A DNA stretch of 64,000 nt from Eledone cirrhosa (lineage: Eukaryota): positions 328,662,001-328,726,000 of the forward strand of contig OZ024740.1 in the NCBI GenBank assembly GCA_964016885.1, in the 5' to 3' direction. How positions within the stretch are numbered: the first letter of the stretch is position 1; each line of letters starts with the position of its first letter. The translations under genes and the position numbers were made by a program. Below the pieces are notes generated by a model. The model worked only from the letters and a program-made list of their open reading frames with translations, was not told the DNA's origin and did no database searches. Shown one piece after another: positions 36,879-50,384 of the stretch.

Positions 36879-38242
36879 ATGTGTGAGTGTAAGTGTAAGT
36901 TTAAATGTGTGTAATTTAAAGGTAAATTGTCTAATTTATCAAAGATAGTGAGTGTATATGTACACCCAAGTGTTAGTGGTAGCGGACATGTGTGTGTGCG
37001 TGAATGTAAGTTTGAATGTGTGTACTGTTTATGTGCGTTGAAGTAATTTTGTGTGTGTGTGAGAGTAAAGTATTGGTAGTGTAGCGTTTGTCCGTGAGAT
37101 GAGTGGATTAGTATGTGTGAGTGTATGATAAATTATAACGTGTGTATGCATGTTGAAGTTTATAATGTGTTTGAAAGTGCCCCAGCATTAGTAAGTGTTG
37201 TTAAAGATAAATAATACGACAAAATAAATAGCTTCGTTTAAATATAACATTTACTTCACTTCAGTGAATAAAGGGACAAAGAATAAGATTACTACAAATC
37301 ATAAAAGTTGACGATGTTTTTGCTGTTATATCGTTATGCTGAAATAGAGAGTGGCCAGAAATCTTTTGTTTGTTGCAAGGTAGTAGTCAAAATTCAGTGA
37401 CAAGAGAAGGTGAGAGTTTGTAAGACCCCCCAAAAAGTCCGTAGAAAGCAAATGTTTCACATCGTTACTCTATCAGGAACTGCTCCGAACTGCCCTTTGC
37501 TTGGTCTAAGATAGGCTATTTATATCTGTCGCTTCCTCTGTCCCTTGCCTTGAGAACCAACCGGAGTGACCTCGAGGGATCGCCGACGCGTAGACTTGTT
37601 TACGCCAAAAAGAACACACAATACACACTAATGACCACACATCACTGCCATACACACATACAAACTTTCACACGCGTACACACATGCACAACTGCATACA
37701 CAGGGATACATGTGTATGTGTGCATATTCAAGGGTGTGGGTACGTGTGCGGACGCATGTCTACATACATTCACACAGACACACACTTCCACCAACACACA
37801 CTTACATGCACTCACACGCACACATGCAGATAACATGCACCCCACCTACACATAACCACCAACTACATGTACGCAACCCTAATCTCGACTCCCTACACCA
37901 CTGAGTGGACCACTCCACCACCCAGCATTACTCCTCCTCTCTCCCCTCTCATTTTTATTTATTTCTTAATTCAATTTAATTTTTTTAATTTTCTTTGCGT
38001 GTTTCCTTTTTATTCTGTCTTTTTCTACACTTTGAACGCTCTTTTTCCGGATAAAAAACGAATGCCCGATAAGTTGGCTGTTTAACTCTCTTTCTTGTAA
38101 GCGTCAAACTAATGCGACTTTATATGTTACTGCATCCTATTGTTCGTTCCTTTCTTGTTTTCTTGATATATATAGAGCGTAAGTGTTTCAGTGAATTTAT
38201 GGTTGTGATACCAAAACACACCTTCGACGCACAGGAAAATTG

Positions 38243-38551
38243 TATATGTTAATAAGAACTATGAAGTTTCGTTTGCATGTATTTATATTTTTATTGTGTA
38301 ACGACATGTTACGCGTATTTCACAGAGTATTGACTGAGGTTAAATATATAGAAGTTATGGATCCGACTCTATTATCGATCTCCGACTCCATTTTTTGTCG
38401 CATCACCAGTCTGAAGAGCAGATCGATAATGGATTTGGGTCCTTAACTTCTATGGGTTACCTTGAGCCGATCCTCAGTGAAATACGCTTAACAGGTCGAT
38501 ACACAATAAAAATCTCATACATGCAAACGAAACCTCATGGCTCTTAATATA
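38243..38551. repeat. Imperfect inverted repeat
   Basis: ~38243-38332 is complementary to ~38472-38551 (ATGAAGTTTCGTTTGCATGTAT..TTTTTATTGTGTA / TACACAATAAAA..ATACATGCAAACGAAAC). Confidence 0.7.
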
Positions 38552-38660
38552 TGCACTCTGCTTGTGCATTGAGGGCTGGTTTTGGTACCACCATCAGTAA
38601 TTCACTGAAACACATACATAATTCACTGAAACAAATACATGTAAACGAAACTTCATCGTT

Positions 38661-38702
<42 letters not shown>

Positions 38703-38720
38703 TATACACACACAGCTCGC

Positions 38721-38808
<88 letters not shown>

Positions 38809-38887
38809 GCGAGCTGTGTGGTTGCAATTAAGTATAATGAAAATAAAAGTTACGGGTGAAAGAGGGTAATATCCATTGTCAGTTGTC

Positions 38888-39346
38888 TGTATACCTGTGT
38901 TATTTTATGTGATACCTTTGCCATACAGTATTTATTTATGCCTAATACCTTTGCTTGTTTCCTTCATATATATGACTAACGCATGTGCACTCTCTACACG
39001 CTCGCTTGCATATGTACTACTAGTGTCCTCATTCTTCCTCAATGCCTCTTTAATTATTAGACTATTCCCTTGTATTATCTGTCGCATGCATTCCACTCTG
39101 TGCTTTTAATTTTAATTTTAATTATTGTACAATTCTCGCATAATATATGTCGCATCCATTCCACTCTGTAAATACGAAACTGTTGTTCACAACATCAATA
39201 TATATGTATCTATATGATTGTTCAGTTGAATAGGAGGTTAATTATATGTACAAACATTGCTAATGCTCAAATGACTTCAAACGAAATTTTGGAAGAAACG
39301 ATTGTTAGCAATAAAATGATTTGAACATAACTTTGATAATTGTGTA

Positions 39347-39415
<69 letters not shown>

Positions 39416-40186
39416 GGCGAGCTGTGTGGTTGCATTTAAGTATAATGAAAAATAAAAGTTACGGGCGAAAGAGGGTAATATCCATCATCAGTTGTCTGCT
39501 AGGAATCATAGGTATTTCTTCGCGTTAGAGACAAGATACCTCAGCCTAGGGCGAACAATAACTAAAATAAGTTATTGGGATAAAAAAAAGGGGTGGAGGG
39601 AGAGAAAAAATGTAAACAGACACAAAGGGTGAAGCAACGTAAAGAGAGGAAAAATAAGGAAAAATATCAAGTCAACAACTCATTTCGAACGTAAGATCTG
39701 ACGCGTTTGATGAGAGAAAAAAGACACGTCTTCACTGTAGCCGTGTTAGCGAGAGAAGAGATTGTTTACAGTGGCGGACTAGGGAGGAAGTGAGCTAGCG
39801 GAGAGAGGGTGACTAGCAGAGAGAGAGAGAGTGAATGAAAGTAAGAGGAAGCGAGAAAGAGATAGTTATAGTGGCAGGCTAGCCGAGAGAAGGTGACTAG
39901 CAAAGGGGGTGAGTGAAAGTAAGAGGGAGAAGGAGAGAGAAGGGGGAGAGAGAGGATCCTCTCTTTACGTTGCTTCACCCTTCGTATCTGTTTAAATTTT
40001 TTCTCCCCCCCCCCTTTTTTATCCCAATAACTTATTTTAGTTATTGTTCACACTAGGCTGAAGTATCTTGTCTCTAACGCGAAGAAATACCTATGATTCC
40101 TAGCAGACAACTGATGATGGATATTACCCTCTTTCGCCCGTAACTTTTATTTTTCATTATACTTAAATGCAACCACACAGCTCGCC

Positions 40187-40271
<85 letters not shown>

Positions 40272-40730
40272 TACACAATTATCAAAGTTATGTTCAAATC
40301 ATTTTATTGCTAACAATCGTTTCTTCCAAAATTTTGTTTGAAGTCATTTGAGCATTAGCAATGTTTGTACATATAATTAACCTCCTATTCAACTGAACAA
40401 TCATATAGATACATATATATTGATGTTGTGAACAACAGTTTCGTATTTACAGAGTGGAATGGATGCGACATATATTATACGAGAATTGTACAATAATTAA
40501 AATTAAAATTAAAAGCACAGAGTGGAATACATGCGACAGATAATACAAGGGAATAGTCTAATAATTAAAGAGGCATTGAGGAAGAATGAGGACACTAGTA
40601 GTACATATGCAAGCGAGCGTGTAGAGAGTGCACATGCGTTAGTCATATATATGAAGGAAACAAGCAAAGGTATTAGGCATAAATAAATACTGTATGGCAA
40701 AGGTATCACATAAAATAACACAGGTATACA
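38888..40730. repeat. Large inverted duplication, ~765-bp arms, ~305-bp spacer
   Basis: 38888-39650 is the reverse complement of 39957-40730 with few mismatches. The same 70-aa spurious ORF appears on both strands (38876+ and 40721-). Confidence 0.95.
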
Positions 40731-43700
40731 AGCATATCAAGCAAAGGTGTTAGTGTATTAAAATTTATGGTGGATGTAATGTGATGGTAGTTTCTGTAGT
40801 GTTCAAATGTGTATGTGTTGAGAGTATCAAAGTTATTGTTATCTTTTCCATTACATATGTTAAATTATATTTTAGTTAATGTTTATATTGAATGTTTTTA
40901 GTTAGTTACAGCAATGGATTGTAAATTGGTCTTATTGTATTCTTATCCATGGATTAGAGTTGTTCTACAGCGAGTTTTTCTAACGGTTTAAATTCCGGAA
41001 GTGAGTATGAGATCCAAAATTAAGGGGAGCTAATGCGTAAGGGGAGGTAACTAGCTAATTAAATTAAATTAAATTAAATTATATAGGAAAGTATCAATTA
41101 TTTAAATTCTTTGCTCTAATATACATTATATTGTGTTATAAGTGAATCCCTTCTATATAATGTTATTTATTTATATTTAATTTTAAATACAGTCTATTTT
41201 CCTATAATACATTAAAGGTCTCATTACATTGTTATCTATCCATTATTGGACAAGATATAAGTTATGGAAAAATGTATAGCTGTTTACCGGTCCAATTAGT
41301 TAAATCTCTTGTGTTATTAATATACATTATATTATGTTAAAAGTTAATCCCTTATATACAATGCTATTAATTTATATATTTAATTATAAATGTATATATA
41401 ATTTATTATCACATATTACATTAAATGTCTCTACATATTATATATCCATTACTGTATAAGTAAGTTATAGTAGTTATATTAAAAGGTGGTAACTTTATGT
41501 TTATTTCTAATTGTTATTGTAGAGTATAAGGTTTGAGATAAATAGGAGTTATGTAGGGGAAAGAGCTGATCAAAGATTGTGATGCTGTGGGGGCTGATAA
41601 GTCCTAGATGTGGAGTGTTAATGGTGGTGACAAATTCAAATCTGACATTGTTATATACTAGCAGATAGGTTTAAAGATATGGAACGAGTGTCGGTAGTGG
41701 TGCTGGCATGAGGAAAATAGCTCTGATTTTCTATTTAGGAAAAGATCATAGTATGGATCGCTAGAAGACAGAGGTTACACAATTTATTCGGTGGTTTATA
41801 TGATGCGGCCCTAACTACTACTTCCCACTGAAGTGTATATGGTCTATTCTTAGTTTTCATAGAGTGTATGTAGCTAGATAAAGAAGTGGAGTTGGCTAGA
41901 TTGTGATTTTTTGAAAGAGTGGAGATGCGAGTTATATCTCGTCTTGAAGCAGTTCGAAGTTGAGCCAATATATGTTTTAGAAGAGTTGTTTGTGTTGACC
42001 GTGCATGAGTAAATGATGTCTTTGATTAAGCAATTTTTACCTAAGGGGCAAGTTCTATTTGTTCTACAGTTACAGTTATTCTGGTTGTTTGCTTGCCGGT
42101 TACTATGTTGTGTAGAAGTCGGGTTGCTAGGGATAGCATTAGGGTAATGATGGTTGTCGTTCCTATTGTTATTGATTTCATTAGTGCTATTACCATTATT
42201 ATTATTGCTACTAGGATTTACAGGTACTATATTGTTCTGTAAGTTTACCCCCTGTTGTGTTTTAATTAGTTGGAAATAATTATTAATCTTCCTTTTATTA
42301 CTACTAGCTATATGGTATGCGATGTTAGGTGTGGTAGAGTAAGTGATTTTAATGGTATTTTTATTGATAAGATTATGGTATTTGTGCCGGGTGGGAAGTT
42401 TTTTCTAGGATTGAGAAGAAAGCCTTAGGCAAGTTGGTAGGGACGTTTAGATTGAAAGGGGGATTGAAGAATGTATTAGTTCTTCTATTTTTATATTTTG
42501 CTATGTTTTTTGAGGTATTTGTATTTCTGTTTATATTATTATTGTGGTGTTTATTTTGGTGCGAGTTAAGTTTGATATTACCCTTCGTATTAGAGTTAGT
42601 GTGGCTAGTACTTTTATTATTTTTCCCCATGGCCATATTGTGAGAAATAATGTTGTAACTATGTGATTTTATAGGTAGAAATTCAATCTCATTTTTATGG
42701 CCTGATTTAGCTAAGGCCTCATTATAGTATTGGAAACTATTGTTAAATATGGTTTCGTTAAATGATAGATTAGAGATTCTATTAGATATTCCTTTAGTAA
42801 TTGAGTTTAATATGGATTTAGGGTGGTTAGAGTGGTATCCACATAAATTAGTTTTTCGTTTGGTTTATGAAAGGGTGTATTTATTTTAGAGTCCAGGCAA
42901 AGGGCAGCATCAAGGAAGTTAACGTTTTTAGTGTTTTTATCTAAGGTGATACTTAAGTTGAAGTTTTTGAACATTTTATGTAATTGTTTCCTAGTTCTTT
43001 CTATATTAAATTTTTATAGTCTATAACAGGGGTCGGCAACCCCCGGCCCGCGGGCTACATCCGGCCCTCGAGTGATTTTGTCCGGCCCGCCATCTTACAC
43101 TGGACACTAATTACCTAATTAGTATCGAATACAGATACAGTAGTTCACTTCAAGGTTGTGCCGACCTGATGCCCATCACAAATCGCTGCTCATACCGTAT
43201 ATATTTACAGATACCTTTGTAACCTTATTATATTTTCCATTTATTATTATTTCCTCTTATCCATCTTTTTCTGGGCTTTCCGCCAAGCATTATATCACCT
43301 GTATTATTATTTCCTGTGATTTCATGTATGTGTTTTTGTTCCAGTCAACAAACACAAATGTTGGCTGGAAGTATGCATTTTCGTCAGCGACTGGAAGGTA
43401 TACTACCTTACGGTTCGCATGACTCGCTTTTATACCCATATTGTCATTCAATAAAATCACTCGTGAATTATTGTCGTCTTCGTTTGCCTGACCTGACCCG
43501 TGCCCCCACCCCCGACACAAGGTAAAGCTTTCTTTGGGAAAATTACTTCGTTCCCTCCTCCCCAGAGTATTTTCATTTGAGTTTGTTGTCTGGTGGTATA
43601 ACAACTATACAGTAGGTATTTTTATTCGATAATAACGTTTATTTAATTATTTGTGATAAATTGTGTGAATCATTATTATTAGAATTAGGCCAAAAGTGGT

Positions 43701-43842
43701 TTAAAAAAACAAATGGCAACCCTGATCTACTGTATTTGCATTTACATTTGTTTTCATTGTTTCTTATTTCTTCATTCTGATTATTATACTTTTTGTTCTT
43801 TTTCCTTTCCATACATCTTTTTTGTTTGAACAAAAACAAGCC

Positions 43843-45738
43843 CATGGAAGCTAAGAAAAGAAAAGTGGATTTGGAGTGCCGAACTTTTAACGATGGCTGG
43901 ACACTTAGCTATTTTTTCATTGAGCACTTCGGAAAATGTGTTTGCTTAATTTGTCAAGAAACCATTGCCTTGAAGAAAGTTTCAAATATTAAATGGCACT
44001 ATGAAACTCGTCATAATCATGACAACAGTTTTACTGGAAAAGCACGAGTAAACGGCTGAGAAATAATTGTTTCTACTATTGGCACAAGGCCAGAAATTAT
44101 CCAGTACATTACTGGTACTTTATTTTATCGACTCCGTAAGGATGAAAGGCAAAGTTAACCTCGGCGGGATTTGAACTCAGAATGGCAAGGGCCGTAACTC
44201 TATGCGTCAAAGCATGGCGTCCGACCCTCTACCGAGAAATAATGTAACAAAGCAATCATCCTTTTTCACTAGAAAAGTTGAAGAAAGTGACCGAAACACT
44301 CGTGCTAGCTATGAGATGTCAAAACTAATTGCAGAAAGGATGAAGCCTTTTACTGATGGAGATTTCTTCAAAGAATTATTGTTGAAGATAGCAGATGTTG
44401 TTTGTCCAGAAAAAAGGGAATTATTTTCTGGGATCAGCTTATCGGCAAGAACAGTAACAAGGCGAATTGAAGAGCTGGCAGCAAATGTCAGAAGTGACTT
44501 GGAGGGCATTTTAAATAATCTGGAGTATTATTCCATTGCTATCGATGGAACCACAGATATGAAGGATACTTGTCAACTTGCAGTGTTTGTGAGGAGTGTA
44601 ACATCAACATTTGATATTGTGGAAGAATTTGTACAATTGATTCCTATGAAGGACACTATGAAGGAGACCACTGGAGCAGATATTTTGGAAAGCATAATAA
44701 AATGGATTACCGAAATGAACCTGGATTTATCAAAGCTTTCTGGAGTAATCACAGATGGAACACCAGTAATGGATGGAGAGAAAAAATGGTTTGTTGCATT
44801 GTTCCAAAGCCACATGGGTATTGATAAAAAACTAATCAAACTTCATTGCATTATTCATCAAGAAGCATTATGTGCAAAGTCACTGAATTTTAAGGACATC
44901 ATGTAAGTGATCGTGAAAACAGTGAATTTTATACTGTCAAGAGGACTAAATCACCGCCAGTTTCAAGAATTTCTAAAACAAATTGAAGCAGAGTATGGCG
45001 ACCTTACATATTTTTCAAATGTTCGATGGCTTAGCCGCGGAAAAATGATAGAACAAGTATATGCATTGAAGGAAGAGATTTCTATGTTTTTAGAGAGCAA
45101 AGACCAAGATAATTCTTACTTTCAGGATCCACAGTGGGTTGTCAAGTTAGCTTTTTTAGTGGACATCACGACCCACATGAACACTTTGAATCTTGAGCTT
45201 CAAGGAAAGAACAAGGTTGTATTTGAGATGTTTGGTCAAATTACTGCTTTTGAAAGAAAACTTCGACTGTGGGAATCACAACTTCAAAAAGGAAACTAAT
45301 CTCATTTCCCAAGTCTCCAAAATCACAAGAGAGATATAATACCAGACATCTTTGTGAGCTCTATTAATGATTTGAGAAGCGAGTTTCCTCTCGTTTTGCT
45401 GACTTCCGGCAATATGGAACTCTATTTAAGTTATTTGGTACTCCTTACGAAACAGATGTGGAACAAGTGGCAGAAGAATATCAGTTGGATTTAATTGACT
45501 TACAGTGCGACGAATCTTTAAAATCGAAATTTCAGTTCGAATCCACTGCTGACTTCTACAAGAAATATATATTGCCAAGCGATAATATCATTATTTGGAA
45601 GTACATATGCTTTTTCCAAAATGAAATATTCTAAAAGTCATTTAAGAACAAGGTTGCGTGACGACCACCAGGATGATGTTTTGCTCCTCTGATGTGGAGA
45701 AGTTATCGCACAATAAGCAGAAACAAGTGTCACATTAA
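43843..45738 (+). pseudogene. hAT transposase (zf-BED-like, DDE, CIIH), disrupted
   Basis: MEAKKRKVD..CVCLICQE..HYETRH; SIAIDGTTD; ITDGTP; HCIIHQEAL; VRWLSRG. Contains stops, frameshifts and a SINE insertion. Similar to the GTF2IRD2/EPM2AIP1-type family. Confidence 0.92.
44068..44233 (-). mobile_element. Nin-domain SINE inserted in transposase
   Basis: Reverse complement of the SINE consensus. TSD GAGAAATAAT at 44058-44067 and 44234-44243. Confidence 0.9.
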
Positions 45739-46316
45739 ATCATTTACCATTTCTAACTGTATTTCGTTTGTAGCAAAGAATTTGCTTTTTTTTTTGTTAT
45801 TCCTGCAGGGAATAACAAAAGGGGCCTTGTTAAAATAAAATTATATTAAATTCCTTGTTTTGCTTTAAACCTCCAGAAAATTTATTTACATATTTAATAA
45901 CATGGCCCTCGTCCATGACACTGCATAGCTGTTTGGCTCTCTCTTTCCAAAAGGTTGCCGGCCCCTGGTCTATAAGGAGTAGTGCATCATCGCGGTATAA
46001 ACCACCATATATATATATATATAAAAACAAATAACGAAACGAAATTAAATTTCGTTTCGTTTGTAACTCACTTTTGTATGACTGACGCTTAAACAATTAA
46101 GTTAAAAATGTACATCTACATATGCATACTGAAATACTAGTGTGCATATGAATACACACACGTATACATATGTAGGTGTAACAAGTCTTTCACTGGTTGC
46201 TTTACTGTGAGCAACCCAGCTATTCTGTATGTAAACACACAGACAAACCGGTTTTTAGAGTCATACTGGTTTTCGAGGGAACACCTTCCCTCTATTCTCC
46301 AAAAAGCCAGACAAGG

Positions 46317-46361
46317 AATATTGAACTAGTTTCGTTGTTGTTACAACTCATCAGCAATATT
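46317..46361 (-). ncRNA. Minimal type I hammerhead ribozyme
   Basis: AATATTG-CTGATGA-GTTG(TAACAA)CAAC-GAAA-C-TA-G-TT-CAATATT. Confidence 0.88.
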
Positions 46362-46783
46362 TACCTATCTACCGGCCCTTCTGGAGAATTGTAAAAGCAC
46401 ATATCGTTATATGCTTTTTCTATGAAAATTAGTAGTGGGCAGACTAATTTGCATAGAGTGTGAGTACGCACCGGTTCAGCGGAGACGATAAAAACAAATA
46501 ACGAAATGAAATTAAATTTCGTTTCGTTTGTAACTCACTTTTGTATGACTGACGCTTAAACAATTAAGTTAAAAATGTACATCTACATATGCATACTGAA
46601 ATACTAGTGTGCATATGAATACACACACGTATACATATGTAGGTGTAACAAGTCTTTCATTGGTTGCTTTACTGTGAGCAACCCAGCTATTCTGTATGTA
46701 AACACACAGACAAACCGGTTTTTAGAGTCATACTGGTTTTCGAGGGAACACCTTCCCTCTATTCTCCAGAAAGCCAGACAAGG

Positions 46784-46828
46784 AATATTGAACTAGTTTC
46801 GTTGTTGTTACAACTCATCAGCAATATT
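46784..46828 (-). ncRNA. Minimal type I hammerhead ribozyme
   Basis: Identical to 46317-46361. Confidence 0.88.
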
Positions 46829-47259
46829 TACCTATCTACCGGCCCTTCTGGAGAATTGTAAAAGCATATATCGTTATATGCTTTTTCTATGAAAATTAGT
46901 AGTGGGCAGACTAATTTGCATAGAGTGTGAGTACGCACCGGTTCAGCGGAGACGATAAAAACAAATAACGAAACGAAATTAAATTTCGTTTCGTTTGTAA
47001 CTCACTTTTGTATGACTGACGCTTAAACAATTAAGTTAAAAATGTACATCTACATATGCATCAGTACATCAGTCATACAAAAGTGAGTTACAAACGAAAC
47101 GAAATTTAATTTCGTTTCGTTATTTGTTTTTATCGTCTCCGCTGAACCGGTGCGTACTCACACTCTATGCAAATTAGTCTGCCCACTACTAATTTTCATA
47201 GAAAAAGCATATAACGATATGAGCTTTTACAATTCTCCAGAAGGGCCGGTAGATAGGTA

Positions 47260-47304
47260 AATATTGCTGATGAGTTGTAACAACAACGAAACTAGTTCAA
47301 TATT
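47260..47304 (+). ncRNA. Minimal type I hammerhead ribozyme
   Basis: AATATTG-CTGATGA-GTTG-TAACAA-CAAC-GAAA-CTAG-TT-CAATATT on the + strand. Confidence 0.88.
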
Positions 47305-47528
47305 CCTTGTCTGGCTTTCTGGAGAATAGAGGGAAGGTGTTCCCTCGAAAACCAGTATGACTCTAAAAACCGGTTTGTCTGTGTGTTTACATACAGAATA
47401 GCTGGGTTGCTCACAGTAAAGCAACCAGTGAAAGACTTGTTACACCTACATATGTATACGTGTGTGTATTCATATGCACACTAGTATTTCAGTATGCATA
47501 TGTAGATGTACATTTTTAACTTAATTGT

Positions 47529-47560
<32 letters not shown>

Positions 47561-47647
47561 AGTTTATACTACTTTAGTAATCATATCGACCCACAAATTA
47601 TTTTATCGACCACTTTCTGACTAATCACTACATCACTAGACATAACC

Positions 47648-47750
<103 letters not shown>

Positions 47751-48299
47751 ACTGAGTGACCTGGTTATCGATTGTTTTATATTGAAGTATTAATTTTTGT
47801 GTATGACCATAATTAATTTGTGAGATATATCAATAATTTTGATGTCTTCATTGAATTATTTGATGATCGTTAGTCACTGATCATATAACATTTTTCTTTA
47901 TTACCCCATGAATCTTTTTCAATTTTGCCCACACTACCGATTACATAAATTAAATAGTCTGCTAATATTTTACTACAGTTAGCATTGAGTAGGCCAGTGT
48001 GTGACACAATGTTTCAGTACCTTGCCTGCGTGAAATCGTGTGATGTCGTCAACCCCTCCCCCCATCCACACACAGGGATGAGTTTAATGGGGGCAAATGT
48101 GCTCTCAGCTGGGCTTTTTAGTTTTAGGATGGTTAGAATCTTTGAATTCAATACCTGTATGAATAACTTTTCAATTCCAATTACTTGCGCCAAGATAACT
48201 TTGATATGTAAATTTGTAGGGTTTGCTGTGTATTCTATTTTTTTATTTTTGTGTGTGTAAGGCCTAAATCCAATCCTGCATATATATGTATTTAATTAC

Positions 48300-48396
48300 A
48301 CAATAAACAACACAATATAATTATTCTATTACCATATGTTTCAAGAAACTAGACGATCCTTACAGAAATGTCCAGCCCGTTCATCAAATGATATAG
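48300..48396 (-). ncRNA. Degenerate hammerhead, homologous to 3685-3752
   Basis: TTGATGA-acgggCTGGAC...GTCTAGtttctt-GAAAC-ATATG-GTA. The downstream flank ATATTGTGTTGTT is shared with the 3.7-kb copy. Abuts (TA)n. Confidence 0.6.
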
Positions 48397-48431
<35 letters not shown>

Positions 48432-48439
48432 GCTCCATT

Positions 48440-48590
48440 TAGTTTAAATCTTCCAAATTCCACTCACAAGGAATTGATCATCCCGAGGCCATGGTAGAAG
48501 ACACTTGACCATGGTGTCCTACTGTGAGACTGAACCCGAGACCACCCAGTGGAGAAGCAAACTCCTTTACCACATAGCCATACTCACTTC
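48440..48590 (-). mobile_element. Degenerate tRNA/CORE-type SINE
   Basis: Minus strand TGGCTATGTGG (A box), GGTTCAGTCT (B box), CAAGTGTCTTCTACCATGGCCTCGGG. Confidence 0.6.
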
Positions 48591-49838
48591 TATCCTTAAC
48601 CAAACAGCCATGCCTGCACATACATTTCTTTTATAAATATTATTCTTAATAGATGTTTACATTCGCTAAAAAACGAACAAAGAAAGAAACAAAAAACAAC
48701 AACAATAAAACAATAAACAAAAAACAAACAAAAATCTAAAAGAAAAGAAAAATAGAACCAGTATATATTACCATAGAATTATATATAAAATTCGTGAATA
48801 AATAAAGGAGTGGGGAGCTCTTTTTATTTGGTCGATCTGCTGGTGTAATCTAATAATTTCGTATTAAAGAAAATTTTAATATATATGCGTAAAAATGTAA
48901 TTACATTTATTGTCGAAATGTACTTTATAAATATTAAACTAAGAAAAAAAAGAAAATGTCATTTTAATAACGTATCTAAATATTCAATGATGAAATATAA
49001 TATGATAAACCCCCACCCAAAAATATGACATAAAAATGCAAAATCCACACTTTTTCCCAGAAGGTCACATATACTGTAACTTCCTGATTACTATGTTAGA
49101 AATAGCAGTCAAATCTTTCGTAAACCACATCGTACTGTTTTAATAAGGAAAGGCATCATGAATGAAACAGTCCGGAGTACATTATGTTTTGAAAAAAAAA
49201 AAAAATGAACAGATGATAAAGTGAAAGCTAGAATGCTTTTCATAATATGTATATCATGGCGATAGATGTTGTCCTAAGATTAATAACGAACAACCCCCCC
49301 GCCCCCCCACCCACCAAAGAAAACTTTAAAAAAAACACAGCGTCAACATAAAAATTGCTTTCAATTGAACAAAATATAATTATTTATGATAGATACATGT
49401 GAGAATCACAACTGACGAGACAACATAAAAAAAAAATGTTTTTCGTTCGTTCTTCCATAATTTCACGGGTTGTATGAAGGTCGGAGTATTTTACAGTTCA
49501 ATGAAACATCAAGCGACAGAATGTACAAGATTCACCCTACATTAGAGGCCACTCCCTGGCAAATATAGCCACTCATTTCATGTGAACAGGAGTACGTGAA
49601 ATTAAATATTTTGTTCAAGGACACAACGAGTCACTTGCTCTGGGAATCCAACACATGTAGGAGATTTCACATTATACGAGATATGGCAATTGGTGAATAA
49701 TCGCACCGGCGGTTACAGATTTCCAACAATCTAATCACTGGCTCCGAAGGCAAGAACGACAAGGGACTGCCTGTAATTTGGTGCAGAACAAATATACTTG
49801 GTCGAAAGCTATACATTTCTACACACATATAATATAAT

Positions 49839-49892
<54 letters not shown>

Positions 49893-50298
49893 CATTTATA
49901 TATACATATTAGAATTTTGGTAAAGTTTATAATTTTTTCTTCAAACTTACATTTTAGACTTAGCTCCGTTTAATTGATTATTGACAGTAAAAATTTCATT
50001 AAAAATATGGTAATGAAAGGGTTAAGTAATCATATTGATGGCCTCCCCACATTTGTCTAGTTAATTTCTACGGACTAGGTAAATTTTATCTGACTGTTCC
50101 TCACAGAGGAAATTCTGTAACATTTATCTGTTATTTCTTAAAAGTTACATTTTAAACTTAGCTCCGTTTAAATGATTATTTATCTGGTTGATTTCTACGG
50201 ACTAAGGAGGAAAAGAAGTAGATAGAATTTGTCTGTCTGTTCTTCAAACTTATAATTTTATATATATATATATATGATGATAATGGGAGAGAAAGAGA

Positions 50299-50384
<86 letters not shown>

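Larger units (their letters stand above)
43027..45967 (+). mobile_element. hAT DNA transposon (Charlie/Buster/SPIN-like), complete ends
   Basis: 15-bp TIRs CAGGGGTCGGCAACC / GGTTGCCGGCCCCTG with 1 mismatch. 8-bp TSD GTCTATAA at 43019-43026 and 45968-45975. Confidence 0.95.
40267..46008 (-). mobile_element. Second Penelope-like element (Naiad-like CxCx5C linker), 5'-truncated, interrupted by hAT
   Basis: Minus strand reads GGLYRDDALLL (45976-46006). After the hAT come VNFLD, FNPPFNLNV, NCNCRTNRTCPLGKNCLIKDIIYSC..YIGST..FKTRYNSH, CNLCL and ELFSSCQH. A degenerate hammerhead lies at ~40307-40354. Confidence 0.85.
46021..47529. mobile_element. Retrozyme-like element: 467-bp tandem repeat (x2.2) plus inverted monomer, in (TA)n
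   Basis: Units start at 46021, 46488 and 46955 (partial to 47061), with an inverted copy at 47069-47529. One hammerhead per full unit. (TA)n on both flanks. Confidence 0.88.

Noticed and set aside
41700-42080. Selenocysteine-coding Naiad
   Set aside because: The conserved Cys positions use TGT/TGC and no SECIS was recognised.
46021-47061. CRISPR-like array
   Set aside because: Units are long and identical with no unique spacers, in a eukaryotic context.
46197-47424. Three copies of a 65-aa ORF (MLYCEQPSY...)
   Set aside because: TTG start, no recognisable domain, and antisense to the hammerhead. The repetition simply reflects the 467-bp repeat.
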